From assembly GCA_036387315.1 (NCBI GenBank), contig DASVTY010000012.1:1408-65407 (forward strand): a DNA stretch of 64,000 bases, given 5' to 3'. Below the pieces are notes generated by a model. The model ran no database searches, was not told the origin of the DNA, and saw nothing but the letters and a program-made list of their open reading frames with translations. This DNA is from Pyrinomonadaceae bacterium (GTDB lineage: Bacteria; Acidobacteriota; Blastocatellia; Pyrinomonadales; Pyrinomonadaceae). Below, piece by piece: positions 1 through 8,512 of the stretch (its first letter is position 1; every line of letters begins with the position of its first letter). Made by a program: the position numbers and the translations under genes.

Positions 1-887
1 GCGTCCACGGAATTGCAATCGAAAAAGTGCATTTTCACGAAGTCGGCGCGATGGACGCGATTTTGGATGTCGTCGGGGCTTGCGTCGGTTTTGAAATGCT
101 CGGCGTCGAACGTTTCGTTTCTTCAAAATTAAATGTTGGCAGCGGCTTTGTCCGAATGGCGCACGGCAATTTTCCCATTCCGCCGCCCGCTGTCGTCGAA
201 TTATTAAAAGAAAAGCGCGCCCCCGTTTATTCGACTGAAATTACGGGCGAACTTTTAACGCCGACCGGCGCGGCGATAATTTCAACCGTTTGCGAAGAAT
301 TCGGCGTTCTTGACGATTTACAAATCGAAAAAACAGGCTACGGCGCAGGCTCGCGTGAATACAAAGATTTTCCAAACGTGCTCCGACTGATTTTTGGAGA
401 AACGAACAACGAACAACGAACAACGAACAACGAACAAATCGAAAAACTAACTTTGCTGGAAACGAATATTGACGATTTGTCGCCGGAGATTTCCGGGTTT
501 GTTTTGGAAAGAGCTTTTGCGGCGGGCGCTCTGGACGTTTGGTTCGCGCCGATTGTGATGAAAAAATCGCGCCCCGCCGTGCAGATTTCGATTTTGTGCC
601 GCCCGGCAGATAAAGAAAAGTTTTTACAATTATTATTTCGTGAAACTTCAACGCTCGGCGTGCGCGAAACCGAAATCAAACGCTACGCATTGCCGCGCGA
701 AACAGTTAGGGTTGAAACCGTTTTCGGCGCGATTGATGTCAAAGCTGCTAAATCAAACGGCAAAATTCTAAAAGCCGCGCCGGAATACGAACAATGTCGC
801 GCTGCCGCTCTCGAATTTGACGTTCCTTTGCGCGAAGTCGAGCGAGCGGCGTTAAAAGCATTTGAAGAAACGTTGGAAAACGGTTGA
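1..887 (+). CDS. larC: Nickel-insertion protein LarC (DUF111 family), 5' end cut by the window edge
   Basis: The frame of ORF 27..887 stays open back to the window start (..EKVHFHEVGAMDAILDVVGA..), a typical DUF111/LarC N-terminal motif. The rest of the sequence is also LarC-like. Confidence 0.8.
   Translation, partial: VHGIAIEKVHFHEVGAMDAILDVVGACVGFEMLGVERFVSSKLNVGSGFVRMAHGNFPIPPPAVVELLKEKRAPVYSTEITGELLTPTGAAIISTVCEEFGVLDDLQIEKTGYGAGSREYKDFPNVLRLIFGETNNEQRTTNNEQIEKLTLLETNIDDLSPEISGFVLERAFAAGALDVWFAPIVMKKSRPAVQISILCRPADKEKFLQLLFRETSTLGVRETEIKRYALPRETVRVETVFGAIDVKAAKSNGKILKAAPEYEQCRAAALEFDVPLREVERAALKAFEETLENG
401..435. repeat. Perfect tandem heptanucleotide repeat (AACGAAC)x5 inside the larC coding sequence
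   Basis: Read directly: aacgaac aacgaac aacgaac aacgaac aacgaac. It encodes ..ETNNEQRTTNNEQ.. in an inter-domain linker. Confidence 0.95.
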
Positions 888-956
888 TTGGCAGCGCGCT
901 GCGAAAGAAAATGAGAGTACAAGCTTTTCAGGTTTGTACTCTCGACGGCGATATAA

Positions 957-1313
957 TCATTCGCTTTTATTCGATTTTTTCTTCGGTTTGTCCTTTCCGT
1001 TGTCTTCGCTGTTATCGGAATCGCGTTTCTTGGCTTTCGGCTCGTCCTGATTGCTTTTCGGATCGGATTTGTCGGGGTCTGAATCTTTTGATTCTAAGCT
1101 CGATTCGCGCCGATTTTTGGCTTTTTCTTTTCCTTCGATTGTCCCTGATGTAGTTTTTTTGTTTTTATCGCCCTTTTTTGATTCGGCATTTCCGGTGTTT
1201 TCTTGATCGGCGTTTTCACCGATTCCGGTTGGGTTTATTAATTGTCCATTGACTTCGGTTGCTCCAGCGCTCACTTCATCTTTTCCGGTTATAGTTTTTG
1301 ATTTATCTGGCAT
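957..1313 (-). CDS. Hypothetical 118-aa highly charged low-complexity protein (K/D/E/S/N/G-rich)
   Basis: ORF on the same strand as, and 74 nt downstream of, the response regulator. A GGAG Shine-Dalgarno lies about 8 nt before the ATG. No recognisable domain. Confidence 0.45.
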   Translation of the reverse strand: MPDKSKTITGKDEVSAGATEVNGQLINPTGIGENADQENTGNAESKKGDKNKKTTSGTIEGKEKAKNRRESSLESKDSDPDKSDPKSNQDEPKAKKRDSDNSEDNGKDKPKKKSNKSE

Positions 1314-1387
1314 AAATTTAGCTCCACAAAATATTTTTCGTTTAAATTTATGATTTTGTGTCTGAAAATTTAGTACGCAGGCGTACT

Positions 1388-2071
1388 TTAGCCGGTAAAT
1401 TTATAGCCCAATCCGTGAACCGTGATGATATATTGCGGGCGGCGCGGATTCGGTTCGAGCTTTTGCCTGAGCCAGGCGATGTGAACGTCAACGGTTCGCG
1501 TCGTCGGCGTTGCATCGTAGCCCCAAACTTCGTCGAGCAATTCGTCTCTGGAAAGCATTTTGCCGCGATGCTCAATCAAATGCTGCAATAGTTTGAATTC
1601 CAAAGCTGACAGTTCAACGGGCAAATCGTCTTTTCTGACTTCGGCGCGGCGAAAATCAATTGAGATTGAGCCGAAATTGTAAGTTTCCGGTTGATTGTTC
1701 TGATTTTTTTGCGGCGAGCGGCGCAGGAGAGCTTCGATTCGGGCGAGCAATTCGAGAACTTCAAACGGCTTGGTCAAATAATCGTCCGCGCCGAGCTTTA
1801 ATCCGAGAACTTTGTCAATCGTTTCGCCGCGCGCCGTGAGCATTAAAATCGGCGTCGCAACGTTTTGACGGCGCAGATCACGGCACACATCGAGACCGTT
1901 TTTCTTCGGCAGCATTACGTCCAAAATGATTAAATCGAAATCGCCCGAAATCGCCCGACGCTCGCCGCTCTCGCCATCGGCGGCGGTTTCGACCGCAAAG
2001 CCTTCGCTTTCAAGCCGGTCGGTCAGCGTCAGAATTAATCCGGGTTCGTCTTCGACGAGTAAAACTTTCAA
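1388..2071 (-). CDS. OmpR/PhoB-family response regulator (receiver plus winged-helix domains)
   Basis: Receiver signature MKVLLVEDE..DLIILDVMLP..LTA..KPF. C-terminal trans_reg_C-like segment ..LSALEFKLLQHL..VWGY..RTVDVHI..LR.KL. Confidence 0.9.
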   Translation of the reverse strand: MKVLLVEDEPGLILTLTDRLESEGFAVETAADGESGERRAISGDFDLIILDVMLPKKNGLDVCRDLRRQNVATPILMLTARGETIDKVLGLKLGADDYLTKPFEVLELLARIEALLRRSPQKNQNNQPETYNFGSISIDFRRAEVRKDDLPVELSALEFKLLQHLIEHRGKMLSRDELLDEVWGYDATPTTRTVDVHIAWLRQKLEPNPRRPQYIITVHGLGYKFTG

Positions 2072-2125
2072 GTTTAAATTAAACGCGGAGATGCAGAGAC
2101 AGAGAGAAATAAATTGAAAAACAAT

Positions 2126-4075
2126 TTACAGAATTTCAGTTTTTAAAATCTCTTTGTCTATATGTCTCTGCGGTTCCTTTTCCGGCAAAGCGGCTGGAAT
2201 CTCGATTGTAAATCGGCTGCCTTTGCCCGTTTCGCTTTTGACTCGAATCTCGCCGCCGTGCGCTTCGATGATTTGTTTGACGAGACTTAAACCGAGTCCG
2301 TTTCCGTGAATTTGTTCGCTTACGGCTTTCCGTCCGCGATAAAACGGCTCGAATATTTGACGCAGCTCGCGCGGTTCGATTCCGAATCCTTTGTCCTCGA
2401 CCGAAATCGAAACGCGCCCGCGTTCCTGTCGCGCCGAAATTTTAATCCAGCGGCTGCCGTTGCTGTATTTCAGAGCGTTGCTGACGAGATTTTGAATTGA
2501 TTGTTTGAGCGCGTTCGGATCAGCCGAGATATTGGGCAAATCGGCGGTAATTTGTTTTTCAACCGTAAAATCTTTTTCTTCAATTACGGGCTGACAATCG
2601 GCTAAAACCGCTTCGATTAAAGTTGGAATGGAAACAATTTGAAAATCGTATTTTTTGCGGCGCGAGCGCGCTCCGGCAAATTCTAAAATCTGCTCAACCA
2701 TTTCCGTCAAACGATTTCCTTCGCGGCGCAGCAGTTTGCCGTATCGTTCGATTTGCTGCGGCGTGTTGACGATTCCGTCGGCTAGATTATCGCCCGCCGA
2801 ACAAATCACGGCGACCGGCGTGCGAAATTCGTGCGTTACCGAAGAAACGAAATCGAGCTGGCGCTGCGCCGCCCGCGTGGCGCGGTGCGCCGAAACAATC
2901 AGCAAAACGACGCTCGCGCCGAGCAAAGCGAGCATTCCAAAACTGATTCCGAGATTGTGCCAGCGGGTTTTATTGACAAAGCTTTCGAGCGAGCCGTCGG
3001 CGTGGCTGACTTTTAAAAGCCATCTGCCCGGCGATCCTTCTCTTGTGTAAGAAATCGTTTCTTTCTCTTCATTTCGTGAAAGTTGAAAATGCAAATCTCC
3101 GTTTGAATTTGTTCCTTTTAACCGGAGAGGCTGTTTTTCTCTTCTTTCGATTTTTGATTGAAAAACTATCGTACCTTCTTTTTTTGTTTGAACTCGCGGC
3201 AGCGGAGAGCTTAAAAGCAAAATATTTGACGAATCGGGACTGATTTCAAAAAATCCGGCAGCGGCGTCGGCTTTGGAAAAATCGAAATTTTCCTGCGATT
3301 GATAAATCGCCTTTTCCTTTTCATTGCCGTTAAAAATCGCAAACGCGAAATTTGAATCGGAAAAATGACGACGCGCCAGCTCTGGAATGACTTCGTTTTT
3401 GATAGCTTCCGAATTTAATTTAACAATAAGAAAATTGCCGCCGTTTATCTCGTGAGTTTTAATTGTTATGCGCTTTTCTTCGGGAACAATTTGATCTTTT
3501 CGCTCGAAAAAGGGAATCAGCAAAGCCGGAATTTCCGGGGCAACTGTATCGAAACTGCGAGTAAACGGCAGCGGAGCTTCGGATTTTGATTCGTCGTTGA
3601 TTTTATCGAGCAGCGGCTTTAATTCATCGTTCCATGAACCGGCGGAAAATTGTTTTTCCGCAACGTCGTATCGAGTTAACTGCCGCTCGCCGTTTTCGCT
3701 CTCTTTCGTGACGTAAATTTCCGAGACGAGCGCGGAAAACTGCGTTTGTTTTTGCCACAGCGCGTAACGCTCGGAAAGTTTGTCGGCATCTTCGGCGTCC
3801 TCCAAATCAAACTGAAACGCAAAAAACGCTTTGGTCATTTCCGCGTTAAAATCCTGCCCGAAACGCCGCGCATCGGTTTGCAGACGTGCCTGCATTCGTT
3901 CGCGCTCGGCTGTGCTGATTTCTCCTAGCCAGCGATATTGCAATGTCGCCAAAACTCCGAGCAGCACCGGCAGCAGCAAAGCCAGCAAAACGGTTAAAGA
4001 CAATTTGTCGCGCAGAAACTTCAACACAAAAAGAATCCTAGCACGAAAATTTCTCATTGAAATCTTGTAAAACAA
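2126..4075 (-). CDS. Membrane sensor histidine kinase (HisKA plus HATPase_c)
   Basis: H-box FVSSVTHEFRTPVAVI, N-box NLVSNALKYS, G-boxes DKGFGI and GNGLGLSLVKQI. N-terminal TM segment and large extracytoplasmic region. Sits immediately upstream of the regulator. The start codon is uncertain (M1 or M7). Confidence 0.85.
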   Translation of the reverse strand: MFYKISMRNFRARILFVLKFLRDKLSLTVLLALLLPVLLGVLATLQYRWLGEISTAERERMQARLQTDARRFGQDFNAEMTKAFFAFQFDLEDAEDADKLSERYALWQKQTQFSALVSEIYVTKESENGERQLTRYDVAEKQFSAGSWNDELKPLLDKINDESKSEAPLPFTRSFDTVAPEIPALLIPFFERKDQIVPEEKRITIKTHEINGGNFLIVKLNSEAIKNEVIPELARRHFSDSNFAFAIFNGNEKEKAIYQSQENFDFSKADAAAGFFEISPDSSNILLLSSPLPRVQTKKEGTIVFQSKIERREKQPLRLKGTNSNGDLHFQLSRNEEKETISYTREGSPGRWLLKVSHADGSLESFVNKTRWHNLGISFGMLALLGASVVLLIVSAHRATRAAQRQLDFVSSVTHEFRTPVAVICSAGDNLADGIVNTPQQIERYGKLLRREGNRLTEMVEQILEFAGARSRRKKYDFQIVSIPTLIEAVLADCQPVIEEKDFTVEKQITADLPNISADPNALKQSIQNLVSNALKYSNGSRWIKISARQERGRVSISVEDKGFGIEPRELRQIFEPFYRGRKAVSEQIHGNGLGLSLVKQIIEAHGGEIRVKSETGKGSRFTIEIPAALPEKEPQRHIDKEILKTEIL

Positions 4076-4199
4076 ACATTTTACATTCTTAACAAATTCT
4101 TTGCGAAGCCTTAACCTATTTATTATAAATTCGGGCGATGATGATTATCGAAAACGAGCAACAGGCTCGAAACCCTGGAAATCCTGAGAGGTAAAAAAA

Positions 4200-5237
4200 A
4201 TGAGGAAATTATTAGCTATTTGTTTGTGTTCGATGTTCGTCATCGGCGACGCGGCGATTTGCAGTTTGCAATCGGCGCAAGCGAGAGCTTCGCGCGACGA
4301 GCGCGCCGAAGCCGTTTTAAGACAAGCGCGCGAAGCGCTCGGCGGCAGCGCGGTGATTGACGCCGTGCAGAATTTATTAATCAACGGCAGAGCCAGTCAC
4401 AAAATTAAAACACCGGACGGTCAAGAGCATTCATTTGACGGAAACGTCGAGATGGCTCTAGAAACTTCGGGCAAACTACACAGAAACTTCAAAATCGGCG
4501 ACGAAGCTAATCTGGCAGCCGAATCGGGCAAAAAAGTCTTCGTCAGAAATCTCGAAGTATCTGTTCACAGAAAACCGGACGGCGCCGAGCCGGAAAAATT
4601 TCAAAAACGACTTGCCGGGCATGGCGACGAATTATCGAGACTTCTTTTCGGACTTTTGTTGAAAACGTCGCCGGGTTTGAATGCGATTTACAATTACGCG
4701 GGCGAAGGCAGCGTTGACGGAACTGCGGCGGATATTGTCGAAGCGAGCAGCGACAACGGTTTTGCCGTTAAACTTTATGTTGACAAAAACACGCATCTTC
4801 CGTTGATGATGAGCTATCGCGCAAACAAACCGGTGCGGTTCGTTATAAACCGCGAAGGCGCGGCGGGCACGGTCGAAAAAGATGTAATGGTTTTCCGGCA
4901 TACTTTACCGGAAGGCGAAAAAATCAGCGGCGACGGCGGAAATAGAATTATTATCCGCAAAAAAGACGAAAACGGAAACATTTCCGAAACCGTCAAAGCT
5001 GGCGAAGAAATGCCGCGCATCCAGCTTGAAGAAGCCGAATTTCAAGTGCGCTTTTCGGATTATCGCAGCGTCAACGGTTTGATGCTTCCGCACCGCATCG
5101 CTCAAACCGTCAACGGCGAAGCGGGCGAAACGATGACGATTGAAAGCTATCAAGTTAATGCTCAAAATCTGAGCGAAAAATTCAAGGAAACGGGCAGAGA
5201 AAATTTCACCTTTGTTCGCAAACCCGCCCAAAAATAA
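4200..5237 (+). CDS. Hypothetical secreted protein, 345 aa
   Basis: N-terminal signal-peptide-like segment MRKLLAICLCSMFVIGDAAICSLQSAQA. Followed by a strong terminator. No family recognised. Confidence 0.6.
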   Translation: MRKLLAICLCSMFVIGDAAICSLQSAQARASRDERAEAVLRQAREALGGSAVIDAVQNLLINGRASHKIKTPDGQEHSFDGNVEMALETSGKLHRNFKIGDEANLAAESGKKVFVRNLEVSVHRKPDGAEPEKFQKRLAGHGDELSRLLFGLLLKTSPGLNAIYNYAGEGSVDGTAADIVEASSDNGFAVKLYVDKNTHLPLMMSYRANKPVRFVINREGAAGTVEKDVMVFRHTLPEGEKISGDGGNRIIIRKKDENGNISETVKAGEEMPRIQLEEAEFQVRFSDYRSVNGLMLPHRIAQTVNGEAGETMTIESYQVNAQNLSEKFKETGRENFTFVRKPAQK

Positions 5238-5261
5238 GTCAAAATAAAACCCTCCAAAAGT

Positions 5262-5302
5262 AAAATCCCGCAAAGTTTGTAATTTAAACTTTGCGGGATT
5301 TT
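5262..5302. terminator. Rho-independent, potentially bidirectional terminator (17-bp perfect stem)
   Basis: aaaatcccgcaaagttt / gtaattt / aaactttgcgggatttt. A-run on the 5' side and T-run on the 3' side. Lies 25 nt after the stop at 5237. Confidence 0.75.
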
Positions 5303-5307
5303 CTTTG

Positions 5308-5500
5308 AGTCGCGGAGCGACTGTTTGAATTTAGCCGTGTCTTTTAAGCACGGAAAAAGTAGCGAAACAAATTACGTCGCGTCAGCGACGCTTGAATACA
5401 AAAACCTGGAGTCAGTCGTCGCTAACGCGACGCGCATATGCAATCTCTCTTAGCCGTGCCTTAAAAGACACGGCTAATTTCATAATGCCGCATACGCGGC
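5308..5500. repeat. Cluster of six small palindromes including two nested inverted pairs (REP/REPIN-like)
   Basis: Hairpins at 5308-5322, 5326-5353, 5375-5390, 5417-5432, 5450-5482 and 5487-5500. The 5326-5353 arm is the near-exact reverse complement of 5450-5482. The 5375-5390 arm is the reverse complement of 5417-5432 with one mismatch. Confidence 0.5.
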
Positions 5501-5547
5501 GGTTATGAATTGGCGGATTCTTCAAAATAAGAATGAGCTTTGAAAAA

Positions 5548-8307
5548 TCAAACAATTCTTTTCTGCAATTCGAGCATATAATCGCGCAATTGTTCGGCTG
5601 AAAAGTTTTCTACTTTTGTTTGCTTTAATTCTTCAATCAAAGTTTCGTTGGCGGTTTGAAACAAAGTCGTCTGCATCGCCATTCGACCGCGAGCGGCGCG
5701 TCTGACGGCGGAATTCAAACCGTTTGATTCGCTCTGCGGAGTTTGTTTTTGTTCGACGACATCCGCGAAAACATCAATTTCGTATCGTTCGAGCCGTTCC
5801 AAAACTTCGCGCGCGCGGGCGATAACTTCAGGCGGCAAACCGGCAAGCCGCGCCACCGCGATTCCGTAAGATTTTGTCGCCCTCCCGCATTCGAGCTTGT
5901 GTAAAAAAACGACTTCGCCGCCGCGTTCCGAAGCCGTAATTTGATAATTTTGCGAGCCGGGAAGACGTTCGGCTAATTCGGTAAGCTCGTGATAATGCGT
6001 GGCGAAAAGCGTTTTTGCGGCGTGTTCCGAAGAATCATGCAGAAATTCGGCGACCGACCAGGCGATTGAAAGCCCGTCGAATGTCGAAGTCCCGCGCCCG
6101 ATTTCATCGAGCAGAACGAGCGAGCGCGGCGTCGCATTGTGCAAAATCGCCGCCGTTTCGGTCATTTCGACCATAAAAGTCGAACGACCGGAGGCAAGAT
6201 CGTCAGACGCGCCGACTCGCGTCCAAACGCGGTCAACAATCGGCAATTTTGCCTGGCGAGCGGGAACGAAAGAGCCGATTTGCGCGAGAATTTGAATAAT
6301 CGCCGTTTGCCGCAAAACCGTAGATTTTCCGCCCATATTCGGTCCGGTGATAATCAGCAAACGGTCGGTCGAGTTATTCAAATACAAATCGTTCGGGACA
6401 AACGGCTCGCTTAAAAACGCTTCAACGACCGGGTGCCGCCCGTCTTTGATTTCGATTTCGTCACCGTCGTGCAAAACCGGGCGGACAAAATTTCGGCGCG
6501 AAGCCGTTTCCGACAAAGCCGCAAGCGAATCTAACGTCGCGAGCGCACGCGCAGTAGTTTGCAAATTTTTTGTTTCCTGCGCGACAGTTGCACGAATTTG
6601 TCCGAACAACTCAGTTTCGATTTCCAAAATTCTTTCTTCCGCGCCTAAAATTTTGCGTTCCCATTCTTTAAGCTGCGGCGTCGTGAAACGCTCGGCGTTA
6701 ACCAAAGTTTGACGCCGTTCGTAATCGTCAGGCACGCGCGATAAATTTGATTTTGAAATCTCGATAAAATAGCCGAAAACGTTATTGAATTTGACTCGCA
6801 GACTGGCGATTCCCGAACGGCGTTTTTCGTTTTCTTCAAACTGAGCGATGGTTTGTTTCGCGTCGCTGCTTAAATTTCTCAATTCATCAAGCTCTACATT
6901 AAATACGTCACGAATCGCGCCCCCATCGGAAATGTTCAAAGGCGGATTTTCCGAAATTGCGGTTCTGATTAAATCTTTGATTTCGGGTAATTCAAAAATA
7001 TTATCGTGAAGAACCTGAAGCAGAGAGCTGGATGCGTCCGATAACGACTTTTTGAGATTTGGAACTTGATTGAGCGAGCGCGATAGAGCGAGCAAATCGC
7101 GCGGCGTCGCAGTGTTCATATTAAGGCGTCCAATCAAACGCTCCAAATCCGAAATTTCTTTGAGCGAAACGCGCAATCGGTCGCGCAAAATCGAATCGCA
7201 TAATTCTTCGACAGCCGTTGCGCGAGCTTCGATTTCGCCGCGCCTGATCGAAGGACGCAAAAGCCACGATTTTAAAAGCCGCGAACCCATATTTGTGACG
7301 GTTTGGTCAATCACACCGAATAATGTGCGGCGTTTGTCCGAGCCGCTTTGCGGTTCGGCGATTTCGAGATTTCGGAGCGTCACGGCGTCCAAAATCATAA
7401 ACTCATTCGCCTCGAAATAATTGAGGTCGGCGATGTGCGCGGCTGCGGCGCGCTGTGTTTCTTGCACGTAGCGCAAGGCGGCTCCGGCGGCGCGGACAGC
7501 TTGCGTTTTTTCGGTCAAACCGTAACCGTCGAGCGATTGGACGGCGAAATGAGTTTTTAACAAACCTTCGCAATAATCGTCGAAAAACAGCCAATCATCG
7601 AGCGGCGTCAGCGTGGCGGAAAATCCGGTCTGCTCGTTTTTCGTCGGGAAAGGAACTACGTTGTCAATTTTGGATTTTGGATTTTGGATTTTGGATTCTT
7701 CACTTGATTTTTCGGCGATGTTTGAGGTTACAAAAGAATCCTTGATTAAAGCAGTCAGAGATTCCGGGTAGAGAATTTCGCGTGGAGCGAATGATTCTAT
7801 GTCGGCGCGGAGAGTTTTCCAACTGTCTTTGCCGCGACACTCGGTCGCGCGAAACTCGCCGGTGGATAAATCGAGAAACGCCGCGCCGAACGCTTCGCCC
7901 GCCCCGCAGACGGCGGCGAGATAAACCGAATCTTTGGTTTCGAGAAGCTGTTCGTCAATCGCAGTGCCGGGCGTGATAATGCGGGCGACTTCGCGGCGAA
8001 AGGTTTTTTTGTTCCCGACGCCTTCTTCAATTTGCTCGCAGACGGCGACGCGATAGCCTTTTCGGACGAGCTTGGCGATGTAGCCGACGGCGGCGTGATG
8101 CGGAATTCCGCACATCGGAATCGGGTTTCCGCGGTCTTTGCCGCGCGCCGTGAGAACGATTTCCATTTCGCGCGCGCCCGTTACGGCGTCGTCAAACAAC
8201 AGCTCGTAAAAATCGCCGCAGCGGAAAAACAAAATCGTGCCGGGAAATTTCTGTTTTAATTCGTGATATTGCCGAAGCATCGGCGTTCCGGGATTTGCAG
8301 CTTCCAT
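5548..8307 (-). CDS. mutS: DNA mismatch repair protein MutS
   Basis: 919 aa. N-terminal TPMLRQY..K..PG.ILFFR.GDFYE, Walker A GPNMGGKST and C-terminal region all match MutS. Confidence 0.95.
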   Translation of the reverse strand: MEAANPGTPMLRQYHELKQKFPGTILFFRCGDFYELLFDDAVTGAREMEIVLTARGKDRGNPIPMCGIPHHAAVGYIAKLVRKGYRVAVCEQIEEGVGNKKTFRREVARIITPGTAIDEQLLETKDSVYLAAVCGAGEAFGAAFLDLSTGEFRATECRGKDSWKTLRADIESFAPREILYPESLTALIKDSFVTSNIAEKSSEESKIQNPKSKIDNVVPFPTKNEQTGFSATLTPLDDWLFFDDYCEGLLKTHFAVQSLDGYGLTEKTQAVRAAGAALRYVQETQRAAAAHIADLNYFEANEFMILDAVTLRNLEIAEPQSGSDKRRTLFGVIDQTVTNMGSRLLKSWLLRPSIRRGEIEARATAVEELCDSILRDRLRVSLKEISDLERLIGRLNMNTATPRDLLALSRSLNQVPNLKKSLSDASSSLLQVLHDNIFELPEIKDLIRTAISENPPLNISDGGAIRDVFNVELDELRNLSSDAKQTIAQFEENEKRRSGIASLRVKFNNVFGYFIEISKSNLSRVPDDYERRQTLVNAERFTTPQLKEWERKILGAEERILEIETELFGQIRATVAQETKNLQTTARALATLDSLAALSETASRRNFVRPVLHDGDEIEIKDGRHPVVEAFLSEPFVPNDLYLNNSTDRLLIITGPNMGGKSTVLRQTAIIQILAQIGSFVPARQAKLPIVDRVWTRVGASDDLASGRSTFMVEMTETAAILHNATPRSLVLLDEIGRGTSTFDGLSIAWSVAEFLHDSSEHAAKTLFATHYHELTELAERLPGSQNYQITASERGGEVVFLHKLECGRATKSYGIAVARLAGLPPEVIARAREVLERLERYEIDVFADVVEQKQTPQSESNGLNSAVRRAARGRMAMQTTLFQTANETLIEELKQTKVENFSAEQLRDYMLELQKRIV
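7668..7697. repeat. Perfect tandem heptanucleotide repeat (TTTTGGA)x4 (TCCAAAA on the coding strand) inside mutS
   Basis: Read directly: ttttgga x4 followed by tt. It encodes ..ESKIQNPKSKI.. in a linker-like insertion after MutS domain I. Confidence 0.95.
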
Positions 8308-8512
8308 TTTCTTTTCGCTTTACGATTCTTAAAGATATAAGGTGATTGCAGGAATTCAAAATTTAGAATTGATTTGGCTGAAATGCAAGCGTCGGAAAGC
8401 GATTTTTATTGCTCCCGGTTTGCTTTAGGCGGTAAAATTACGGTATTTTTTAATACGCGCAGAGAAATTTCTCAACCGTTTAAACGCTCAATCCTAAAAA
8501 GAGGTAAATGCA

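Noticed and set aside
241-922. Minus-strand ORFs 241..651, 338..679 and 683..922 overlapping larC
   Set aside because: These are antisense shadow ORFs of a CDS with clear family similarity. Their products are Arg/Ser/Pro-rich with no motifs.
2089-2165. Imperfect inverted repeat (gcagagaca...tgtctctgc) spanning the kinase stop and regulator start region
   Set aside because: The stem is interrupted by bulges and overlaps coding sequence. It is too weak to call as a discrete element and is only mentioned under the word-repeat theme.
8428-8435. ggcggtaa upstream of the EPS locus, a 7/8 match to the enterobacterial ops element GGCGGTAG
   Set aside because: A single 7/8 match in a 200-nt intergenic region is plausible by chance. 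ops/RfaH is lineage-restricted, and no NusG paralogue is visible in the window.
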